Origin: Gemmatimonadota bacterium
GTDB lineage: Bacteria > Gemmatimonadota > Gemmatimonadetes > Palauibacterales > Palauibacteraceae
Length of the DNA: 64,000 nt
Direction of reading: 5' to 3'
NCBI GenBank assembly: GCA_965116475.1
Contig: OZ220691.1
Span: 736,001-800,000 of the forward strand
The translations under genes were made by a program, and so were the position numbers. The notes beneath the pieces were generated by a model. That model was not told the DNA's origin. It ran no database searches and worked only from the letters and a program-made list of their open reading frames with translations. Positions within the stretch are counted from its first letter, which is position 1. Each line of letters opens with the position of its first letter. Shown piece by piece: positions 57,852 to 64,000 of this stretch.

Positions 57852-59852
57852 CTAGGCGGGAGCCGGGGCGGGCTCGCCCCCCGCGCCCTCCAGGGGACGC
57901 TCGCGCTGCGGCGCCGGTTCGATGGCCGCCGGCTGCGGCGCCGGCGGGGCGGGCTCCGGAACCGGGGCCGGCAACTCCCTGCCCTCCTCGAGCAGCTTGA
58001 TATCGTCCACATCGAGCGTTTCACGCTCCAGCAGCGCCTTCGCGATCGCCTCCAGCAGGGGCTGATTCTCTTCGAGGACGACGCGCGTGGCGGCGTACGA
58101 CTCGTCGAGGATGCGCTTGATCTCGCCGTCCACGAGTTCGGCCGTCTTCTCGCTGACCTCGCGGCGCTGGGAAAGATCCCGGCCCAGAAAGACCTCCTGC
58201 TCCCGGTCTCCTACGGACATCGCGCCCACGGCCGGCGACATCCCGAACTGCGTGACCATGCGGCGCGAGAGATCCGTCGCGCGCTCGATGTCGTTGCCGG
58301 CGCCGGTCGTGATCTTGCCGTCGCCGAACATCATCTCTTCGGCCACGCGCCCGCCGAACAGCATCTTGAGCTGGCCCTCGAGCCATTCCTTCGTGTAGTT
58401 GTGGCGGTCCTCCTCGGGGAGCGAGGCCGTAATCCCGAGGGCACGTCCGCGCGGGACGATCGTCACCTTGTGGAGCGGGTCCAGGCCCGGGACGCGGAGG
58501 GCGACCACGGCATGTCCGGCCTCGTGGTAGGCCGTCACGCGGCGCTCGTCCTCGGAGATCACCATGCTCCGCCGCTCGGTGCCGAGCATGACCTTGTCCT
58601 TGGCCCGCTCGAACTCCTCCATGTAGACGCGATCCTTGTCGTCCCGCGCCGCGATGAGCGCGGCCTCGTTCACGACGTTCTCGATGTCCGCGCCCGAGAG
58701 CCCCGGGGTCCCCTTCGCCAGCACCGCGAGGTCGACGTCGTCGGCGAGCGGGATGTCCTGCGTGTGGACCTGGAAGATCCCCTCGCGGCCCTTGATGTCG
58801 GGATTGTCGACCACGATCTGGCGGTCGAAGCGGCCCGGGCGCAGGAGGGCGGGATCGAGCACGTCCGGCCGGTTCGTCGCCGCAAGGAGGATCACCCCTT
58901 CGTTCGATTCGAACCCGTCCATCTCCACGAGCAACTGGTTCAGGGTCTGTTCCCGCTCGTCGTGGCCGCCCCCGAGACCGGCCCCGCGGTGGCGTCCGAC
59001 CGCATCGATCTCGTCGATGAAGATGATGCAGGGCGCCTGGGCCTTCCCCTGTTCGAAGAGGTCGCGGACGCGGGAGGCGCCCACGCCGACGAACATCTCC
59101 ACGAAGTCGGAGCCCGACATCGAGAAGAACGGCCGGCCGGCCTCCCCGGCGACGGCTCTCGCGAGGAGCGTCTTTCCGGTCCCCGGCGGGCCGACGAGCA
59201 GCGCGCCCTTCGGCAGACGCCCGCCCAGGCGCGAGAACTTCCGCGGGTCCTTGAGGAATTCGATGATCTCCTGCAGTTCGTCCTTCGCTTCATCGCATCC
59301 CGCGACATCGGCGAAGGTGATCTTCGGCGTGTCTCCGCTCAGGAGCCGAGCCTTCGATTTTCCGAAGCTGAACGCGCGCGATCCTCCGGCCTGCATCTGC
59401 CGGATGACGAAGAGCCAGAGCCCGATGATGAAGATCCAGGGAAGGATCGAGATGAATACGTTGAGCCAGTTGCTGCGCGCGGGGAGGGTTTCGATCGTGA
59501 TGTCGGCCGCGAGCAGTTCGCTCATGAGGACGTCGCCGATCTCCCGCGTAGGCAGCAGGAGATGGAAGTTCGTGATTTCCGTCTCTTCGACGGTGATCGC
59601 GCTCCTGAGGCGCCCCTCCACTTCCCCGGTGCCGAGGCGCACCTGGATCTCCGCGATGTTCTGCTGCTCGATCTGTTCCTGGAACTGCGTATAGTTCAGC
59701 GTCTCCCGGCCCTCTCCGGCTCCGCCCATGAACTGGAGGAGGGCGACGGGGATCAGAATCAGCAGGGCCCAGAACGACGCCGTCCTGAGCCATCGCTGCA
59801 TGCGCCCCGAAGGATCGCTGCCGTCCGGCTTCTGCTGCTGTTCTTGTCTCAT
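57852..59852 (-). CDS. ftsH: ATP-dependent zinc metalloprotease FtsH
   Basis: Two TMs, [30 protein letters not shown]. Confidence 0.97.
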   Translation of the reverse strand: MRQEQQQKPDGSDPSGRMQRWLRTASFWALLILIPVALLQFMGGAGEGRETLNYTQFQEQIEQQNIAEIQVRLGTGEVEGRLRSAITVEETEITNFHLLLPTREIGDVLMSELLAADITIETLPARSNWLNVFISILPWIFIIGLWLFVIRQMQAGGSRAFSFGKSKARLLSGDTPKITFADVAGCDEAKDELQEIIEFLKDPRKFSRLGGRLPKGALLVGPPGTGKTLLARAVAGEAGRPFFSMSGSDFVEMFVGVGASRVRDLFEQGKAQAPCIIFIDEIDAVGRHRGAGLGGGHDEREQTLNQLLVEMDGFESNEGVILLAATNRPDVLDPALLRPGRFDRQIVVDNPDIKGREGIFQVHTQDIPLADDVDLAVLAKGTPGLSGADIENVVNEAALIAARDDKDRVYMEEFERAKDKVMLGTERRSMVISEDERRVTAYHEAGHAVVALRVPGLDPLHKVTIVPRGRALGITASLPEEDRHNYTKEWLEGQLKMLFGGRVAEEMMFGDGKITTGAGNDIERATDLSRRMVTQFGMSPAVGAMSVGDREQEVFLGRDLSQRREVSEKTAELVDGEIKRILDESYAATRVVLEENQPLLEAIAKALLERETLDVDDIKLLEEGRELPAPVPEPAPPAPQPAAIEPAPQRERPLEGAGGEPAPAPA

Positions 59853-59922
59853 GTTGATCTATTCCGACCTGTTCAGGCTCCGATATCTCGCCTGCGGTCC
59901 TCTCGTGTACGTCGTGTACGGT

Positions 59923-60486
59923 TCACGTACGGGGACACGCAATGAACGGAAGGTGGCGAAAATCCTCCCCGTGATCCAATCCATACCCCACAAGGAACTC
60001 ATTTGGTGCATCGAAGCCAACCCACCGCGGCTCCCATTCGAGATCCGGCGCGATGCGCTTGTGGAGGAGCGCGCAGATCTCGAGAGAAGCGGGACCTCGG
60101 TCGGCGATCCCTCCGCACAACTGGTTCAGCGTGGTGCCGCTGTCGACGATGTCCTCGATGATGATGATGTGCCGGCCGGCCATCGGGGCCCGCGGGTCGT
60201 AGAGCAGCTCCACGTGGCCCGAACTCTTCGTGCCCTTGCCGTAGCTGGACGCGACGAGGAAGTCGACCTGCAGCGGACGCCGGATCTGGCGCACCAGATC
60301 GCCCAGGAACACGAACGATCCCTTGAGCAGTCCGAGCAGCAGGATGTCGGCGTCCGGCGGGTAGGCGGCGGCGATCTCCGTTCCCATGCGGGCGACGCGG
60401 GCCGCGATCTCCGATGCGGAGTAGACGATGCGCCCGAGGGACTCGCCCCCGGTGTATTCCGTGAACTCACGTTCCGCGGTCTTCAT
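59923..60486 (-). CDS. hpt: Hypoxanthine phosphoribosyltransferase
   Basis: LLKGSFVF, SSYG, IIEDIVDSGTT, FLVGYGLD; canonical tilS-hpt-ftsH order. Confidence 0.94.
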   Translation of the reverse strand: MKTAEREFTEYTGGESLGRIVYSASEIAARVARMGTEIAAAYPPDADILLLGLLKGSFVFLGDLVRQIRRPLQVDFLVASSYGKGTKSSGHVELLYDPRAPMAGRHIIIIEDIVDSGTTLNQLCGGIADRGPASLEICALLHKRIAPDLEWEPRWVGFDAPNEFLVGYGLDHGEDFRHLPFIACPRT

Positions 60487-61882
60487 CGTCCCGGTCTCGA
60501 CGCTCCGTGAATCCAATGGCGAACCACGCTCCTCCGGGGTCGGGCGGCTCCACCGCCGCCCTGGAGTGTCCGGCCACCCACAGCACTGTCCGGTCGGCGT
60601 CCACGACGACCGGCACGCCTGAACGATTCGAGGCCGGCACGCGGCGCTCCATCAGGAGCTTCGCGACCCTTCGCGACCCGGCCGGGGTGCGGATCCGGTC
60701 TCCGGGTTGCGGCCCCCGTACGCGGATCGGGAACCGGACCCTGTCGACGGGGAGCGCGGTGGCCCAGCGTTCCGTGCCCTCCAGGGCGCCCCAGCGCACC
60801 TCGTAGCCGCGCCCGCCGAGGCGAACCGGCTCCCGCCCCGCCCGGCGCGCACGCGACCGGTCGATATCGCACTCGCGGTCGGGCGGGGCCTCGCGCACGC
60901 GGCGTACGTGAATCCGGTCGAACTCCCGCTCGACCCGCAGACCCGCCGCGATGTCCACGCCGTGCCCGCTCTTCGCCGTGTCGATGAAGGATGCGCCCAC
61001 CCGGGTTCCGCGCCGGGACACCAGGAAGCCCATGTCCCGGGCGACCCGGCGCAACATGCGGCCGCGAGCCGCCCGATCATACCCCAGCAACAGGGACCGG
61101 GCAATTTGCGCTCCGCCGGCGCTTTGCCGGTATCCGGCGGTGGAGAGGAGCCGCCGGACGCCCGCCTCCAGCCCGCCTTCGGCCACCCGGGCATGCCGTC
61201 CGAGTTCCGCCAGCTGTCGGCGGATGGCCGGCTCGCGTTCGGCCAGCGCCGGGAGCAGTCCGTACCGCATCCGCGAGCGCCGGTAGCGAGGATGCCGGTT
61301 TGCGGGGTCCCTCACCCACTCCCGTCCCGTGGCCCGCAGATAGCCGCTCAACTCGTCTCGCGCGAAGCCGAGCAGCGGACGCACGAAGGGGCCGCGGCGG
61401 GCGGGGATGCCGGCCAGTCCACGAAAGCCGGGACCGCGCAGGAGGTTGAGCAGCACCGTCTCCACGTGGTCGTCGCGCTGGTGCGCGAGGGCGACGCGAT
61501 CCGCTCCGGCCCGTCGCCGCGCCTCGGAAAGGAACGCGTAGCGGGCGGCCCTCCACTCGGCGGGGCCGCCCGTGAGTCCGGCCGCGCGGTCCACCTCGCA
61601 GGGCACGTCGGCCCGGCGGCAGAGTTCCGCGGCGTCCGCGGCCCACGCGGCGCTGTCCGGCTGGAGTCCGTGGTCGAAATGGGCCGCGCTCAACTGAAGC
61701 GGCCAGGACTCGCTCAGCGCGCGGAGGAGGTGAAGGAGCGCGAGCGAGTCCGATCCGCCGGAGAAGGCCACGACGACGCGCGAGCCTCGCGGCAGAAGCT
61801 CGGGAGCCGCCTGAAGCGCACCCCGCAGGCGCGCCTCCACGCCGGCGCCGGCCGTCGGCGGGGCGACGGCGCCGGGCGTCAG
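60467..61882 (-). CDS. tilS: tRNA(Ile)-lysidine synthetase
   Basis: AFSGGSDS PP-loop, HFDHGL, ARY, AHQRDDHVET, VRPLL, DPAN. Start is CTG 61882 or GTG 61840. Confidence 0.92.
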   Translation of the reverse strand: MTPGAVAPPTAGAGVEARLRGALQAAPELLPRGSRVVVAFSGGSDSLALLHLLRALSESWPLQLSAAHFDHGLQPDSAAWAADAAELCRRADVPCEVDRAAGLTGGPAEWRAARYAFLSEARRRAGADRVALAHQRDDHVETVLLNLLRGPGFRGLAGIPARRGPFVRPLLGFARDELSGYLRATGREWVRDPANRHPRYRRSRMRYGLLPALAEREPAIRRQLAELGRHARVAEGGLEAGVRRLLSTAGYRQSAGGAQIARSLLLGYDRAARGRMLRRVARDMGFLVSRRGTRVGASFIDTAKSGHGVDIAAGLRVEREFDRIHVRRVREAPPDRECDIDRSRARRAGREPVRLGGRGYEVRWGALEGTERWATALPVDRVRFPIRVRGPQPGDRIRTPAGSRRVAKLLMERRVPASNRSGVPVVVDADRTVLWVAGHSRAAVEPPDPGGAWFAIGFTERRDRDDEDRGT

Positions 61883-62166
61883 GACTCTCCTTGCGGGGGG
61901 CGGTCGCGCCACGCCGCCGGGCCGCGGCGGAAGTCGAGTTTCCCGGCCACGGAGACGCCGAACCTCGGCCGTGCCGGCAACTCTCCGAACGCGATCTCCG
62001 CCGGGGCCTCGGGAGAGGCGTCCGGCGAGGCATCCGTCGAGGCGTCCGGCGAGGCGGTCCCGGATCGGCCGAACTTGCGACCGTGCTCCCATACGCGATC
62101 CCGCCCGGCTACGTATGCCCGCAGGGCGTCGGCGACACCTTTCGGTTCGCTTCTCGGTGCGCTCAA
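61879..62166 (-). CDS. Hypothetical 95-aa protein between frr and tilS
   Basis: Fills the gap exactly; TTGA overlap with the frr stop and CTGA overlap with the putative tilS start; no recognisable family. Confidence 0.5.
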   Translation of the reverse strand: MSAPRSEPKGVADALRAYVAGRDRVWEHGRKFGRSGTASPDASTDASPDASPEAPAEIAFGELPARPRFGVSVAGKLDFRRGPAAWRDRPPQGES

Positions 62167-62720
62167 ACCTCCATCACCTCCGCTTCCCTGCGCGCCAGCA
62201 TCGCGTCGATCTTCTTCACGTATTCGTCGGTATTCGTCTGGACCTCGGCCATCGTGCGACGGCAGATGTCCTCTCCGACCTCGCCGTCCCGCTGCATCTT
62301 CAGCAGCCGGTCGCGCGCCTCGTGCCTCGCGTGCCGGATCGACACCCGCCCCTCCTCCGCCATCCGGTGGAGGATCTTGACGAATTCGAGGCGGCGCTCC
62401 TCGGTCAGCGGCGGGATGGGCACCCGGACAATCGCGCCGTCCACCGAAGGATTGAGCCCGAGGTCACCGCTCTGGATCGCGCGCGCCACGTCGCCGGCGA
62501 TGTTCGGATCGTACGGCTGCACCAGGAGCATCGTCGGCTCGGGCGCGCTGACGTTCGCCACCTGCCGCAACTGCACGACGGAGCCGTACGCGTCGACCCG
62601 CACGCCATCGAGGATCGCCGTCGTCGCCTTGCCCGTACGAACGGTAGCGAATTCCCGCGCGATCGCCTCGAGCGCGCTTTCCATCGCCAGGACCGCATTC
62701 TCCAGCGTTTCCTCCGGCAC
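62163..62720 (-). CDS. frr: Ribosome recycling factor
   Basis: VRTGKA, VDAYG, LGLNP, IPPLTEERR, RVSIRHAR. Confidence 0.95.
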   Translation of the reverse strand: MPEETLENAVLAMESALEAIAREFATVRTGKATTAILDGVRVDAYGSVVQLRQVANVSAPEPTMLLVQPYDPNIAGDVARAIQSGDLGLNPSVDGAIVRVPIPPLTEERRLEFVKILHRMAEEGRVSIRHARHEARDRLLKMQRDGEVGEDICRRTMAEVQTNTDEYVKKIDAMLARREAEVMEV

Positions 62721-62769
62721 CGTCCCCTCCGATCTTCACGCATCCGCCGGGACCCGCGTGCGGCGGCTG

Positions 62770-63513
62770 CTACCCGACGAGGGTCCCGATTCTCTCGCCT
62801 CGCAACGCTGCCAGGATTGCACCCGGCCGCTTGATGTTCAAGACGACGATGGGCAGCGAGTTGTCCTTGCACAGCGAGATCGCCGCCGCATCCATGACGC
62901 CGAGTTCACGGGTCATCACCTCGAGATAGCCGATCTCGTCGATGAGCGAAGCCTCCGGGTCGGTCTCCGGGTCCGCCGTGTACACGCCATCGACCCGCGT
63001 CGCCTTCATGATCACATCGGCTTCCATCTCGATCGCCCGGAGCACGGCCGCCGTATCGGTGGAAAAATACGGGTTTCCGGTACCTCCCGCGAAGATCACG
63101 ACCCTTCGCTTCTCCAGGTGGCGCAGGGCGCGACGCCGGATGTAGGGCTCCGCGAGTTCCTCCATCCGGATGGCGGACATCACCCGCGTCTCCACGCCGC
63201 ACTGCTCGAGCATGTCCTGAAGCGCCATCGCGTTGATCACGGTCGCGAGCATGCCCATGTAGTCCGCGCTCACCCGATCCATGCCGCGCGCGCTCGCCAC
63301 GGTGCCGCGCATGATGTTCCCGCCGCCCACGACGAGCCCGAGGCTCACGCCACTTTCGTACACGCGGCGGATTTCGTGCGTGAGTTCCTCGATGACGGGC
63401 GGGTCGATGCCGAACCCCCGGTTTCCGGCGAGCGATTCGCCGGAGAGCTTCACGAGGGCGCGGCGATACTTCAGGTCGGCCGCGCCTCCGGGAAGGCGGT
63501 CCGCGGAACTCAG
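62770..63513 (-). CDS. pyrH: UMP kinase
   Basis: [43 protein letters not shown]. Start probably CTG (63513 or 63474). Confidence 0.95.
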   Translation of the reverse strand: MSSADRLPGGAADLKYRRALVKLSGESLAGNRGFGIDPPVIEELTHEIRRVYESGVSLGLVVGGGNIMRGTVASARGMDRVSADYMGMLATVINAMALQDMLEQCGVETRVMSAIRMEELAEPYIRRRALRHLEKRRVVIFAGGTGNPYFSTDTAAVLRAIEMEADVIMKATRVDGVYTADPETDPEASLIDEIGYLEVMTRELGVMDAAAISLCKDNSLPIVVLNIKRPGAILAALRGERIGTLVG

Positions 63514-64000
63514 CCGCCCACCTCGAAGCGGACGAACCGCCGAACCGCCAGATCCTGTCCCGCAGCCTGTCCCGCCTTGCGCAGGACTTCCTTCACCGTG
63601 AGGTCCGGATCGCGCACGTAGGCCTGCCACAGCAGCGCGTTCTCCTCATAGAACTTGCGCATGCGGCCCTCGACAATCTTTTCGGTGATCGAGGCCGGCT
63701 TGCCCTGCTCCAGCGCCTGCTCGGTCAGCAGCTTGCGCTCGCGTTCGACCTCGGCCTCCGGAATGTCGTCCGGCGACACGCCCCGCGGGTTCGTGGCCGC
63801 GGCATGCATGGCGATGCCGCGGGCCGTCTCCAGCGCCGCGTCGCCCGAGTCCGAAACCTCCAGCAGCACGCCGATGCGATTCCCGAAGTGGACGTACGAG
63901 GCGAAGCCCCCGTTCGCGCCGAGGTCGTAGCGCACGGCGCGTCCCACCTGGACGTTCTCTCCGACCTGGACCCGCAGTTCGTTGAGGCGGCTCTCGATGG
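63510..64000 (-). CDS. tsf: Elongation factor Ts, C-terminal part (runs off the window)
   Basis: [40 protein letters not shown]; canonical tsf-pyrH-frr order. Confidence 0.95.
   Translation of the reverse strand, partial: IESRLNELRVQVGENVQVGRAVRYDLGANGGFASYVHFGNRIGVLLEVSDSGDAALETARGIAMHAAATNPRGVSPDDIPEAEVERERKLLTEQALEQGKPASITEKIVEGRMRKFYEENALLWQAYVRDPDLTVKEVLRKAGQAAGQDLAVRRFVRFEVGG

Overview
High-GC bacterial chromosome segment, mostly core genes on the minus strand. The gene content (TonB/ExbBD, lipoproteins, meso-DAP-type MurE) indicates a diderm. By inference from gene order and protein style it is probably Gemmatimonadota; this is not verified. From right to left it carries tsf-pyrH-frr-(small ORF)-tilS-hpt-ftsH-folP-dacA; exbB-exbD-exbD-tonB; yggS-divIVA-ileS-dksA-like-lspA-rluD; a small membrane protein, tRNA-Val(TAC), CopD-like protein, M20 amidohydrolase and class III aminotransferase; ybdK-like ligase; HU; an orphan coxG/coxD/coxE-like trio; a TPR protein; and the dcw cluster (mraZ to ftsZ, no ddl), which runs on into an M23 peptidase, a vWA membrane protein, ftsY, recG, asnS and a signal-peptide RidA. 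The left 10 kb is accessory: two beta-propeller lipoproteins, thioesterase, esterase, FAD/Fe-S oxidoreductase, serine-glyoxylate-type aminotransferase and a TRAP transporter. I see no CRISPR array, transposase, integrase or rRNA, and I cannot claim a clearly new multi-gene system. The best leads are: (i) a Cys-containing peptide remnant coupled to a beta-propeller lipoprotein; (ii) pervasive short tandem duplications, including triplicated gene ends that place stops in all three frames; (iii) a tRNA-Val whose 3' end abuts the CopD start; (iv) leaderless promoters and probable CTG starts in pyrH and tilS; (v) an IleRS with a swapped GVHH signature. Start codons were refined by eye and are estimates.
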